A program made the translations under genes and the position numbers. A stretch of 63,328 nt of DNA, the filler included, from Guillardia theta CCMP2712 (taxonomy: Eukaryota > Protista > Cryptophyta), in the NCBI RefSeq assembly GCF_000315625.1. It is 6 parts of 6 records of this genome, joined end to end, with 100 filler letters (N's around TTAATTAATTAA, not from the genome) between each part and the next. Parts side by side here need not be neighbours in the genome. Positions count along the whole stretch, not along the records: positions 1 to 25,875 come from NW_005434568.1; positions 25,976 to 39,518 come from NW_005434452.1; 4 more parts are not named here. One strand, given 5' to 3'. Shown here one piece after another: positions 24,729 through 37,713 of the stretch. The stretch's first letter is position 1. Every line of letters starts with the position of its first letter. Below the pieces are notes generated by a model. It was not told the origin of the DNA, did no database searches, and saw nothing but the letters and a program-made list of their open reading frames with translations.

Positions 24729-25817
24729 GTTCAGTATGACCTTCCTCTGAAGATTCTTTCCTATCAAGACCTCTATGGTTGGTCAATGGACTCAATCGGT
24801 AAGCTTTCCCTGCTCCGCTCCTCCTCCTCAGCTCTTCTCGCTCCTCCCTCCCTCTTGTTTAGTACGCCTCCCTTCTCTTCCCCTCCTCCAACCTTGTATA
24901 TTCCCCCCTCCCTCCCCCCCACCCCTCCCTCCCTTCTCTCCCGACTTCTCCTCTCTCTCTACTCCTTTCACTCCCACTCCCTCTCTTCTCCCTCCTCCCT
25001 TCTCCTCTAACGTTTCTTTCTCCTCCAGTCTCGCACATTGGAAGGAAAGGCAACTGCACGTTCTGCGGAGTTTTCAGACGGCAGGTGAAGAAGAAGAGAG
25101 AAATTCAAAAAGGAGAGCAGAAATGAGATGAGGGAGGAGTATGAGAGGAAGGAGGAGAGAGGAGGGAGAAATCTGAGAGGAGGGAGGAGAGAGAAGCTGA
25201 CTTGAGACGCCCGTGCAGGCGCTTGACCGAGGAGCAAGCATCCTCGAGGCAGACAAGATAGTGACAGGACACAATGCCGACGACATCGCGGAGACGGTGA
25301 GGGAGAGTGCGAGAAGGGGAGGAGCCAGGAAAGGAGAGGAGGAGGAGCAGGAGGAGGAGCAGGAGGAGCAGGAGGAGGAGCAGCGTCGTACTGATGCCCT
25401 CGCAGGTTCTTCTCAATATCCTCAGAGGAGACGTTCCTCGTCTGCAGCGATGTACTCAGGTGAAGCAAGAGGAAGCATGCTGCTGCTGAGCCTCCTCCTC
25501 CTCAGATCTCAACGGGTATGGACGGCAATCTCCCTCGCAGCAAGCCGTTCAAGCATGCATACGAAAAGGAGATCGTCATGTGAGAGCTCGTTCTCCACTT
25601 CTTCCCCCTTGCCTCCTCCTCCGCCTCCTCTTCCACCACCTTGCCCTCCTCCCTCGCTCTCTCTCCCTCTTCCTCCCTCTTCCCCTCCCTCCCTCCCTCC
25701 CTCCCTCCTCTCCCGGCCTGCTCTACTCTTTCCTTGCTGACACTTGGGCAGGTATGCTCATTTCAAGAAGCTTGACTACTTCTCTACTGAGTGCATCTAT
25801 TCCCCCAACGCCTACAG
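24729..25817 (+). CDS. CTU1: Cytoplasmic tRNA 2-thiolation protein 1 (CTU1/Ncs6); both termini in gaps
   Basis: Exons splice to [112 protein letters not shown], which is diagnostic CTU1 sequence. Confidence 0.95.
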
Positions 25818-26394
25818 GTTGCCTACCTCCTGCCCTCTCCCTCCCTCCCTCTCCCTCCCTCTCTCCCTCTCTGCCNNNNNNNNNNNNNNNNNNNNNNNNN
25901 NNNNNNNNNNNNNNNNNNNTTAATTAATTAANNNNNNNNNNNNNNNNNNNNNNNNNNNNNNNNNNNNNNNNNNNNCGAGCATGGACGAGAGGAGCAAGAG
26001 GACGAACAGGAGCGAGGGAGGAAGGAGGAGGATATTGAAGGCGTCGGAGAGACGAGAAAAGGAGAAGACACTGAACAAAACACACAAGTTAAGAATCATA
26101 TCCATCCCCCTTCCTCCCTCTCTCCTCCTCTCTCCCTCCTCTTCCACTTCTTTTTCCCTCTACTCTTCTCCCTCTCCTATGCTCTTCTCTGCCCGTCTCT
26201 TCCTTCTCCTCCCTCACCAGTATTTTGCGCATTTCGCCTTATATCCCACCCCTTACTTCAAAGTACCGGTCCAATTTCCCATTACCACCCACCTTTTTCC
26301 AACCCAAGATAGTAGCTGATGAAAAGACCCTGCAGATCCCTCAGATATCTGCAGAACCTCTCGACTAGCAGCTGCTACACTGCGAGAAACATCA

Positions 26395-26658
26395 GCACCA
26401 GCAGCACCAGCACCACCAGCACCAGCACCAGCACCAGCACCAGCACCAGCACCAGCACCAGCACCAGCACCAGCACCAGCACCAGCACCAGCACCAGCAC
26501 CAGCAGCACCAGCACCAGCACCAGCACCAGCAGCACCAGCACCAGCACCAGCACCAGCAGCACCAGCACCAGCACCAGCACCAGCACCAGCACCAGCACC
26601 AGCACCAGCACCAGCACCAGCACCAGCACCATTACCAGCACCAGCAGCACCAGCAGCA
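26395..26658. repeat. (CACCAG)n microsatellite
   Basis: Hexanucleotide tandem array seen directly, in the convergent region between CTU1 and the PDZ gene. Confidence 0.95.
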
Positions 26659-26895
26659 AAAGGATGGGGTGAGGGGAAGAGGGAGAGGTGAATGGTGAGG
26701 GAATGGGAGGGCATGAGGAGGGTTGAGAGGGAGGAGGAGGGCGACGATTGTGAAATCGAAGACGAGAGCAGAGTGGTAGATGAGATCGAAACATTGCAGG
26801 GGTGGGAAGACATAGTCTGCACAGAATCTCGTCAAGCCGTTAGATATAGGTTTAAGATCAACAGTGTTCCATCATCCGCTACTCTCGCTCCCACT

Positions 26896-28856
26896 CTATG
26901 CCAGGAAGAATTGATCCTCGGTCTCGACCGCGGGCTCCTCCGCAGGCGCCTACGAGACACTCACTCGAGCTCGAAGACAAGAGGGAAGGGCTGGAGGTAA
27001 CTGAAAGGACGGCAAAGGACGGGATGGATGAATGAGGAGGAGAGGAGATGAGAGCGAACGGAGAGGAAGCAATAACTGAAGAGCAACAAAGAAAGGGGGG
27101 AAGATGAAGACGAGAAAGGAACGGTAGCAGCATGAGGTTCACAGCAGACCTGATAGGGCTGGCTGCCAAAGTACTCGCTGTACCACCTGAAGCAGCTGTG
27201 AGATGAGAAAGAGGACAACTGGGCAGCTCTTGCCTGTTCATACGCTGATCCACGTCCTTTAGCATGTTCCTTAAGTTCTCCTCTACCCTGACTGCCTCGT
27301 TCATTCGCTCCTGCTCCTGCTCGAACCTGCCATGGCGATCACGATGAAGCTCTCCATGGAAAGTGGGAAGGCAGAGAGTGAGGAATTGAGGAGGAGGCAA
27401 CACAAGCAAGCTGACTCTACCTCTGTCGGTACTGCTCCTCCCGCTCTCTCCTCATCTGCACTGAAATTCAATGCTGGTTCAGCATCAACCAGGTCCTTCA
27501 AACCTGCTCGAAGTCCCTCAGCCTGACAAGCTCCGCCTGCACCTTCGACAGCATCCCCTCTGCGCTCAGACGGGCAACTTGGTCGTCACGACGCCCTGCC
27601 TGGACGACCATCAGCTCTGGACCCCGGCGCACGTAGAGGAGCCTGATACCTGCTCCTTGAGGTAGAGCTGCTCGAGGCGGTTCTTTTCATCCTGACAGAG
27701 CAAGAGTCAAGGAGGTGCGAAAAGGTCTGGTGTCGGCACTTCGTGGCGCTTCTTCAGTTCCTCGATGTATTCCTTGCGGAGCCTGTAGCTCCGTCAGAGA
27801 GCTCCCGCCAGTCCGCCCAAGGTCCTTACCTCTCCTTCTCCTTCTGCCTGCTCAGCTCTTCTGCAAGGTCGTTCTCACGCTGTTGCAAGGGATGCAACTT
27901 GATCTCGGCCTCTCTCCTGGACTGCTCTGCCTTGCGCAAGCCTTCGTTGAGCTTCATGATCTCGTCACTGTTCTTCTGCTGCATCTGCTCGATTTCACGT
28001 TCGCGGCGTTGGCTTGATTCCCTACGACATCGAAGTGACTTACAGCTACAGCCTCTTCCCTCCAGTACCTCTCTTGCTGCAAAATCTTGCGGAGGCGGTC
28101 GAGCTCATCTCTGTCTTGAGAGCAGTGCGCTAGGGCTTGCCTGTGGTCACATGTATAAGAGAGCGCGAGCCGAGACTGCGATGGAGACCTCAACTGAAGC
28201 CTCAGCTGATCGATCTCATCTTCCATGGACCGAGAAGCAGTCAACGACCTACGGCAAGGTGAGCTGCTCCTCTCCCATCCCCGCCAGAGCTCACTGGAAG
28301 TATTCGGCAGTGCCTCTCATGAGCTTGCAGTCGTAAGTCTCCACGTGGGATCCCTGCTCAGTCAGCCGCTCAGTTTCTCAGCTCCCGGGAACCTGGAGGG
28401 GCTACAACCTCTCTCCGCTGGAAGGTCAGCTTGACCGTGGTGCCTTGTTGTCCGAGGATGAGATTCCTCAGGACTGCCAGGGGCTCGCCAACGACCTTCA
28501 TGTATGTCAAGTCCCAAGTCTGTCTTGACCCTGCCAGAAAATGTACCTCGCGGTCATCGACGGCTACGATAACATCGCCGACTTGCACAGTGCCTTCGCG
28601 CTCCGCCGCGCCACCGCTGACCTGCAGCTCTGATCAACTGACGGGCCGGTTTCTTGATGTCAACGCACAATGGTCTTGACGTAGACATTGCCATCGTTCT
28701 CTTGTTGGAAGAAGATACCAACACCAGCCTGAACTGTTGGGAAAGTGAGTGTGGCTACAAGAGATACGATGCTGTATGACCTGAACCGCCGGATTCTCCA
28801 CTGAACATGTCCTTGGTGCTTATGACAGATCGGCTGTTCATACCGTAGTTGCTCAT
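26896..28856 (-). CDS. N-terminal PDZ domain plus coiled-coil protein
   Basis: Spliced VQAGVGIFFQQENDGNVYV...SGGAAEREGTVQVGDVIVAVDDRE-VVGEPLAVLRNLILGQQGTTVKLTFQR (PDZ), followed by E/Q/R/K-rich helical exons. Ends ...EDQFFLA* at 26896. Confidence 0.8.
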
Positions 28857-29419
28857 TGCGATCACTGCAGATCCGTCATCAGTTTCGAAGCAATCGTTGA
28901 GGTTGAAGATGTCAGTGGTAATCATCCTCGGTGTGGACTCATGCAAAAACCAACAAAACTCCAAATCGAAATTGATAAGAGGCTGCAATCGGCACTAGGC
29001 ATACTAACGCAGGTAAAACAGCAAAGAAAGGCAAATCATCAATTGCGAGACACAACCGTGTTCAGAGATCAGCCAATCAGCAGCTGAAGGAGATCATACA
29101 TCATTCCAGTGAATCCTCAAATCATCCTAACATGTGTGAATAGGAATTCTCATTCAAGGAAGATCCGCAAGACCAGGACCAGAGGAGGACAGGTCATTTC
29201 TGTGATGCTTCATGTGGCGGAGAAGGGACCCAGGCATGGTTGGAGACTAGAAGAACATCAACATCGAGATGGCGACGCGTCAGAGACTCACGGATAGAGA
29301 GGACGAGGAGGGAGGAGGAGAAGTGAGCGCATGCTGGGGATGTAAAGGAGCCTAGGAGCGCGTCGCTACACAGGTCGTCGCCATGACGGCGAGGAGGGGC
29401 AGAGGACGCGGTAGGGCGG

Positions 29420-30050
29420 AGATCCCGGGGGGTAGGGGTGTGAGACCACCCACCCATAAATATGCTGGATTCAGAGTGAGTAAGGGGTACAAGAGAATTT
29501 TGTATTCAAGATAAGGGGTCAAGGGGGGGTACCTCTAGGAAGGGGATGGTGTGTGCTCTGACCAGGTAGTATATCGTAGGAGGGGGTACGGGTACTATGT
29601 CGAAGATCTGCAAGGGATGGAGTGGGGTACTTCAAGGTTAAATACTGGGTGGTGAATTTTTACTTTTGAACATGGAGGGGTAGAGGTCTCAACTTGGTGG
29701 GTGGGGTGGTTGGAGACGGTGGTCCCTCCACGGGATTTTGAAACTGAAAGTGATTACTCACCGGTCAACTACCCCACCCCCGTTAAGAAAGGGAAAATAG
29801 TTGGTAATGGAGGGGTACAGGTCCAACATGATATAGCCTTCCCCACCCCCACCCTGTCGTCATACCTGAATCCTCACTATTTTTGGACCAATGACTACCT
29901 ACCCCACCCATCTACACCCACTTAAATGACCCCACCCCTCCTTACCACTCGAAGACCACCCCCTTCCACAGACAGGAGCAAGGGGCGTACATGACCCCAC
30001 CAACTGCCATATGACCCCCTCGTTACCATTCATTCAGGGGGTACATTCTA
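29420..30050. promoter_or_regulatory. Second divergent intergenic GGGTA-to-TACCC polarity block
   Basis: G-rich gggta motifs to ~29820, then C-rich accc/taccc motifs, between the minus-strand PDZ gene and a plus-strand gene. Confidence 0.4.
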
Positions 30051-30288
30051 CCTGTAAAGTTGACTAATAATAAGAGGGTCCTGCTAAATTCTACAGCCCA
30101 TGGGGTTTAAAATCTTGTCGGGCACCGTAACGACGGTTACAAACTGTTTAACGTATTAGTCATTACCAATGTCAACGGAACGATGCTGAAAGTTTGTGGG
30201 GCGGCGGCGGCGGCAGCAACAGCAGCAGCAGCAGCAGGAAAGTGATACCACTGAGGGAGGGATAGGAAGCTCATCAAAGTATTGAAGG

Positions 30289-32130
30289 TTGGCATTAGAC
30301 GGAGAGGATGGAGTAAGACGACGAGGCATTCAGAGAGCAGGGGGACTGGGGCTGTTCCATCTTTCAGAGCGCAGGAAAAGGATGAAGACCGAGGAGGAGA
30401 AGCTGCAGGCGCGTCTCGACAAGTCCATCATGAGGCTTCAGAAGCTACGTAGCTCAAAGAGAGATGTCCTTGATCATATGATCTCAAACCCGCCGATTGG
30501 TTACGAGGTGAAGAAAAGTTTGGTTCGCTCGAGCAGGTAAGAGGAGGAGGGTCAGGGTAGACGAGGAGAGGAAGAGGTGAAGAGGGAGGGTGGGTGGGGG
30601 CAGGTGAACAGCTCGGGAGATAACGGGGCCTGGCAGAAACAACATGGAGGAGCAGAAGCAGATTCTCTACCGTAACTTGTGATGGTTCTGTCGCCATATC
30701 TGAACGTGCTCGCCAGAGGAACTGAAGCAAGCTAACCTGGAGAACGAGAAACGAGACATGGAGATACTGCGCTGGGCCTTGCGAGACGACAAGGCAAGCT
30801 CCAAGCTCGTCGGACCCTCCGGTCGTAAGGTGCTGGAGGAGAAGTTGTGGCGAGTTCAAGAGGGAGAAGGAAGGGGTTGAGGAGGAGGACAAGGACAAGG
30901 AGAGGGGGAGAGAGAGTGAAGGTAGACGGGGAGGGGTATGAGACGGAAACGAAGAAGAAGGAGGATAGGGGGAGGAGGGAGGGAGAGGGAGGAAAGGATT
31001 TTGTTGAGAGAAGGAGGGAGGGGGAGAGGAGAAGGATTTCACAGAGAGGGCAGAAACTGCTGAGGATGCGACGGGACTTGCACACTCGCTTCCTGAACTC
31101 AGAGCTGGAGAGAGCGATGGAAGAGCTCAATCTCGACGAGAAGAAGCTCTACAGGCAACTCCCTTCCTCCTCCCTGTGCCTGCTGAGTTTGCTGTCTGCA
31201 GGCAAGAGCTGAAGAGTTACCTCGAAAATCGCAAAGTGCAGAAACTTCGAAGAGAAGTGAGTCTGAGATACCTGCTTCTTCCTCTCTCCTCGTCACTGAG
31301 ATACCTGCTTCTTCCTCCCTCTTCGTCTTGGTGGTTGACAATGACGTCCCCTCAGTCCGTCGTCACCAGGAACCAGCTTCAAAAGCTTCTCTCGCAGACG
31401 CCAGGGAGAAAGGACAAGGTCCAGGTGCCAGTGAATGGATCCTTCAGGAGCGGTAACAACCACCCAACTCCTCTCCTCTTGCCTCTGACCTCCTCGTCTC
31501 CCCCAGACATGCTCAAGTCCCCATCGTCAAGAGGCAAATGTGAGCTCTGGCGCTGCTGGGACGCTGCTGACGTTGTTGCCGTATCATCCGACGCTGAGCA
31601 GCGGTGGCTGGGGTGAGAGGAGGAGGGAGAGCGGTAGTGCCGTCTGACCCGATGGCGTCAGAGCTCGCAGTTCAGTCATCGCTTCCTCTCCGATACCCTC
31701 ACGCTGCAGAGCGAGAGGTCGGAACGAGCCTTGTCGTCGCGGTCGTCGGGGAGCACGTGAGATTATTAGAGGAGAGGAGGGGAGGGTAGAGGAGGGGAGA
31801 GGAGAGGAGAGGAGAGGAGAGGAGAGGAGAGGAGAGGAGAGGAGAGGAGAGGAGAGGAGAGGAGAGGAGAGGAGAGGAGATACGAGAGAAGTTGCGTTGA
31901 GGAGAAACAGAAGGAAGAGAGGAAAAGGAGTGAAGAGAAGGAGGGGGGGAGAGGACGGAGAGACGTGAGATTGAGGAGGAGGAGGAGGAGGAGGAGGAGG
32001 AGGAGGAGAGATAGAGGGGAGGAGACGGTGAGCTTGTTTTGATGAAATGTATCAGGTCCCCATTACATCGAGCTGCGACATACGAGATCATCGCAGATGG
32101 AGCTGGAAATGTTCATGTAAGATATGAGAT
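30289..32130 (+). CDS. Hypothetical coiled-coil protein (multi-exon, ends approximate)
   Basis: Exons such as RKRMKTEEEKLQARLDKSIMRLQKL, EELKQANLENEKRDMEILRWAL and LHTRFLNSELERAMEELNLDEKKLYR-QELKSYLENRKVQKL, flanked by GT/AG. Confidence 0.5.
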
Positions 32131-32265
32131 GTGTGTTAGATGTTAGCCATCGGAGGTGTGGTATATGTAAGATATGCGATGTGCTCTTCATTTCAGAAAT
32201 AAGTTGTGACTTCACATTTTTTCCAGGTGTTGGAAACTGAATCAAAGAGGAATGTGGCAATAACT

Positions 32266-32641
32266 TCACTTGTCCCGAATAATGTCATGCTCCTGAAGGT
32301 TTCCTTTCTTCTTCTTCCTCGCTCCTCGCTCCTCCTCCTCCTCCTCCTCCTCCTCCTCCTCCTCCTCCTCCTTGCCTCCTCCTCATTCTCTTCCTCGCCT
32401 TCTCCTCATCCTCCTCGGCGCCTCCTCCTCATTCTCCTCCTCCTCTCGTCGTTCTCCCTGCCCTGACATGTCGGCAACAAGACGCCCAAGGAGAAGAGAT
32501 CCACCAGGAAGCGAAGCCTCTTGCTCAACCACTTGCATGATCCTCAGTTTACAAGGTCAGAAACGACTTCCTGCTCCTCCATCCACCCCCCGCCCTCCTT
32601 CTCCTCGCCTCCTCCTCGCCTCCTCATCCTCCTCCTCCTCC

Positions 32642-32673
<32 letters not shown>

Positions 32674-33482
32674 GTACCATCTCCTCTACCTCTTCCTACC
32701 TCCTCCTCCTATCTCCTCCTACCTCCTCCTCCTCCTCCACTCTACAACCTTCTCCTCTACCTCCTCCTCCATCATTCTCGTTCGATGCTCACTTGCTGTT
32801 TTCTTCAGCTTCTTCAACTTCGACTCAACTCCTCGCAACCCTCCTTGGATGTCCTGCAACATCGGCAAGGACGCGCTCCTTCCACGCCCCTTGTGGTCGA
32901 GATGACAGCAGAAGCCAAGGGCAGCAGGAGAGGAGGAAGAAGAGAGGAGGAGGAGGAGGAGGAGGAGGAGAAGGAGGTTTAGATGTTTTAGATATTTTAC
33001 TAAGATTCATGCATAATTTCATTGTCTTTTTCTTCTTCTTTTNNNNNNNNNNNNNNNNNNNNNNNNNNNNNNNNNNNNNNNNNNNNNNNNNNNNNNNNNN
33101 NNNNNNNNNNNNNNNNNNNNNNNNNNNNNNNNNNNNNNNNNNCAACTTTCATTTTCCCCTTCTCCCATCCTACCTCTCCTCCTCTGCCTCGCGATTGCCT
33201 GCTCCACAGCTCTTTCCCGCTGCACGTCACCTGCTTCCAAGTCATGCTGCCTCTCCTCCCTCCCCCCCTCGCTCCTTCTTCCCCTCCTCCTCCCCCTCCT
33301 CTCACCCGCCATCTTCGCATAGAGAGCTTCGCGCTGCATGGAAGGGTCAGTGGCGGGAGGCAAGGAACAATGCCTCACCAATAAGCAGCGACTGCTCCAC
33401 CGTCGTCGTCTCCTCCTCCACCTGACCCAAGCAGGACGAAGAATGAAGTAGACAGGGAAGGTGCAGAGGCAGAGGCGGGTCG

Positions 33483-33567
<85 letters not shown>

Positions 33568-33578
33568 CAGGAGCAGAG

Positions 33579-33610
<32 letters not shown>

Positions 33611-34845
33611 CAGGAGCAGAGGCAGGAGCAGGAGCAGGAGCAGGAGGCAGGAGCAGGAGGAGCAGGAGAATATCAGTACAACCGCAAGCTCGTCATCATC
33701 TCAAGTTTCACCCTGGCCAGAATTTTCTCGTACTTGCTCTTGGCCTCCCAGTACTCCTGCAGCTCAATGAGGAGAAAAGAAGGAAGAGCGGGGAGAGGAA
33801 GAAGAAGAGGGAGGAGAGAGAGAGAGTTCGACAGAGCAGGAGGGACAGAAACAGGAACAAGAACAGACAGAGACAGAGACAGAGACAGGAAAGGAGGACA
33901 AAAGTGTTGGAGAGAGGAGAGGAGGAGGAAGGGGAGGAGGAGGTACCTGCTCGAGCTGGTGGAGCTCTCTTTGCTTTTGACTTAATTTCTCTTCCGCTGA
34001 CAAAATTTCCTCCTGCACAATATCCTTCAGTTCCCTTCTCCTCTCCCCTCCTCTCTCCTCCTCTCCTCTCTCCTCCCCTTCCCTCCTCTCTCCTCCTCCC
34101 TCCTCCTCCTCCTCCTCGCTCCTCCTCCTCCTACACCTTGGCTTCAAGATCGCATACGTTGAAGTGGATGGTATATTTCACTTCCCTGCCGTGCCAACAA
34201 TGGAAGGGAGACCGCGAGTCAGTCAAACGTCACTCGTCATACAATCACGATTCATGAGCACAGAAACACATCTCATTGCAAGGGTGAAATGTCTTGTTTC
34301 AAACACATCACATCCTGATCGTCGTGATAAGAATCCTCACCTGAAGAAATTGTCGCCTTGCACAGCAAACAAAACTTCTCCAGGCCGAAGGGGAGAGTAC
34401 CTGCAGGAATTCATCTCATTACAAACTCTTGGGAAAACAAAGATATCTCTGTTCCTTTCACCTTCCCCCTCCCCCCTCCTTCATCCTCCGCTCTTCAACT
34501 ACTTGCTTCCTCCACCATACCTCGCCTTCTTGTCCCTTCTTCTCTTCTCTCCCCCCTGCCTGTCCTTCCATCTCCTTCTCCATCAGATAGTCTCTGCCTC
34601 TGCCTCTGCCTCTGCCTCTGCCTCTGCCTCTGCCTCTTCCCCCAACTTCTCTTACCGAGAGGCCGTCAGCGTCTCCAGCCGTCGAAACACAGGAGGGGCC
34701 TCCTCCTCGTCGTGCACCTGCGGCGAAGAAGCTCAAGAAGAGCAAGAAAGGGGGGGGACAAGAGGGCAAACGACGGATACAAAGAGAAGGCGGAAGATGC
34801 GTAGCAGCAGGCACAGCGGCGGCAGCGGCTGCGGCAAGAGGAGGA

Positions 34846-34878
<33 letters not shown>

Positions 34879-36152
34879 GCAGCGGCAGCGGCAGCGGCTG
34901 CGGCAGCGGCAGCGGCAGCGGCAGCGGCTGCGGCAGCGGCAGCGGCAGCGGCAGCGGCAGCNNNNNNNNNNNNNNNNNNNNNNNNNNNNNNNNNNNNNNN
35001 NNNNNNNNNNNNNNNNNNNNNNNNNNNNNNNNNNNNNNNNNNNNNNNNNNNNNNNNNNNNNNNNNNNNNNNNNNNNNNNNNNNNNNNNNNNNNTCATCTC
35101 CATCATCATTTCCATCTCCATTATCTCCATCACCATCCTCACCTCTCTTTGCCTCTTCCTCTGTCACTTCTCCAAAGTAGAACTTCACTCCGTGGGTTGA
35201 AATCTTCCCCTCCGTCGTGCTGTTCCACGTGATTTTCTCCCCCTGCCCAACGGCAGTGAGCTACATGAAAGCGTGTCGGGAAGGGAACGAGGGAGAGATC
35301 ACGGTAAAGTAACAACAAACAAACTACTCTGTGTGTTCCAAACATCCTCAAGATATTGCAAGCACAATCAATGCTGACATCCCCTGACATGTCCATCATC
35401 ATCATCATCATCTTTCCCTTCATCTCCATCATCTTCAAAATCATTTCTCTCCATCGCCATCGCCATCACCATCGCCATCGCCATCGCTATCATCGTCGTC
35501 AACATCGACAACCAAACCTGCTGTCGTGCTTCAAAGCTTGCAGCGAGGTCTAGAGTCCGCTGAGGGATCGCAGTCGGGATCGGAGCTCCCAGCTTACTGA
35601 ACAAAGCAGCAACGAGAGTTGTGCCGAACGTCATCTGCTCCATGTCCACCGCCTGACCCCACGGCAGGTCAGAAACTGACTCCTCCTCCACACCCCGCAC
35701 GAAGACCTCGATGTCTACAGCCGCGTCTCCCAGCATGTCGTACTGCCTCCTCTTCTGGGGATCCGACAGAACCTGAGGACAGCAGACGGGTGAGGAGGAG
35801 GAGCTGCACCTAGAGGCGGCCTTACCGCGTATGCAGCGGAGATCTCTTTGAATCTTTCTTCGAGCTTAAGAAGCGTCAGTCAAGCAGGAAGCAGGGAGCA
35901 GTCAGAGCTACCTCAGCATCGCCCGCCGTCTTGTCCGGGTGGTACTGCAACGTCTGATGTCAGTGGATCCTCCAGGAGGGCTGACCCACCTGGATCGCAA
36001 GCTTCCGATAAGCACTCTTGATCTGACCATCTCCTGCTCCTTTGGGCACTCCGAGGATCTGTTCATGCTGTAAGTGGAGCCGGATACCTCTCATGAGGCC
36101 CAAGGACCTTGTAGAAGTCCAGACTCTTCTTCTGATCCGCAGTCTTGGACAT
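32266..36152 (-). CDS. J-domain chaperone of the ARG1/DnaJ15-16 family
   Basis: J-domain DFYK-ILGV..IKSAYRKLAIQ-YHPDK..FKEISAAYA-VLSDPQKRRQYD, then GTTLVAALFSKLGAPIPT, VFRRLETL, LRPGEVLFAVQGDNFF and a coiled coil. These match plant ARG1/ARL motifs (AALFSKLGVPI, FFKRLEGL, IFAVYGDNFF). 3' end approximate. Confidence 0.85.
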
Positions 36153-37713
36153 GTTCTCAAGTGTTGAGCACAGGAACTGCTGTCTTGCTTCGGAACCTGT
36201 CTTCCTGACACTCCCTTGAACTCTCCTGCACTCAGACTGTAGGCTTGTCCCTCTTCTCCTTCTCTCTTCTCTCTTCTCTCCTCTCCCTACTCTCCTCCTT
36301 CCTACCGCCTTGTGTGGCTCCCTCCTTGTCACCAAGAAACTCATCACCCACATTCCCTTCCTGAACTCTTGCAACGCCTGTTGCAACGCCATGTTGCAAC
36401 CGTTGAACGCTGCCTGAGAGCGGCCCGGCCTCACGCGGCGCCCCCCCCCCGGGGCTCGCCCGGCCCGGCCCGGAACCGTCCCCCGACGACCGTCGGACCG
36501 GACGCCCCCGGCACCGTCCTGACCCGGGCCGGAGTCTCGGTCCCCCGCCGCGGCCCGGGCCGCCGCTCAGCCGCTCGGCGGCGGCCGGCAGCCGCTGAGC
36601 CAGTGAGCGCCCGGCGCAGCCCGGCGGACCCCGTGAGGTCCTACTATGTCGCGGGGGCCGCGGCAGTGCACGGTGCGGCGGGGCCGCCGGCAGCCCTGCC
36701 TCAGAGGCTCAGTCTCAGGACAGTGTCACTGAGTCAGCTGTATGTAGCGGTTTGGATACGAACGAGTAACGGTAGTAACGGTAACTCAACTTGACTCCTT
36801 CGGCCAGGGTCGGGCTGTCTAGAGTACGAGAGGACGGCCTCTTGGAGAAGAGGGGGTACTTCTGTAGGGGAAAAGGGGGGTACTCAGGGAGCCTCAGGGT
36901 TCTTTGCCCGACAAACAACAATGCGTCCCTGGCAGTTTCTCCTTGCCGCAGTGCCTTCCTCTGTCCTCCTGGCGCCTACCTCCCTGAGTCGTCCCTCGTT
37001 CCTCGTTCCTCCTCGTTCCTCCTCGTTCCTCCTCGTTCCTCCTCGTTCCTCCTTGCTCGTCCTTCCTCCTTGCTCGTCCTTCCTCCTTGCTCGTCCTTCC
37101 TCCTTCTTCGTCCTTCCTCCTCTCTTCTCCACGACTTCTTCCTTCCTCCTTCATCGTTCCTCCCTCCTCCTCCTCGTCGTCCTCCTCCTCCTCCTCTCCC
37201 CTTCTCCTTCCTTCCTTCCTCTTCATCCTTCCTCCTCCCTCCTCCCTCCGAGCCGCCCTAAGAGCTATAGTTGAGCCATCTTAAACTTGAAGATTTCTTC
37301 AACTTGTCTCTAGAAATAGCATGGCCTTGACCAACAAGAATAGGCGAGACTGTCAGGATGATAGGAAAGAACAAGTCAGTGAAGCGACATGTCAAAAGGA
37401 ACTAGGGCTGTTGGAGAGAAGCAGCAAAGGTCTCTTGCAGGGCAAACTAACTTGACTTGAGCAGGAGGAGAGAAGGAGGATCAGGCATCATGACCAACCA
37501 AGGTTTGCTCGTCGTTGGTAAAGGATCCAAGAAACTGGAGGAATCTCTATCAGCCAAGCCACTCGAGAAGAGACGTGACAGCACCAGCATCAGCACCAGC
37601 ACCAGCACCAGCACCAGCACCAGCAGCACCAGATCAAGTCCCAGCACAAGCTCCAGCACAAGCACGAACAGCAGTAGCTCGAGCAAACATGCGATAGTGC
37701 TTGAAATTCCAAG

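Noticed and set aside
25920-25931. TTAATTAATTAA inside N-runs (also ~39563, 52599, 56782, 61612)
   Set aside because: Artificial all-frame-stop gap marker inserted by the assembly pipeline.
36312-36794. ORFs in GC-rich islands (also 7026-7531, 53094-53509)
   Set aside because: Open frames are expected at this GC content; no motifs or splice structure.
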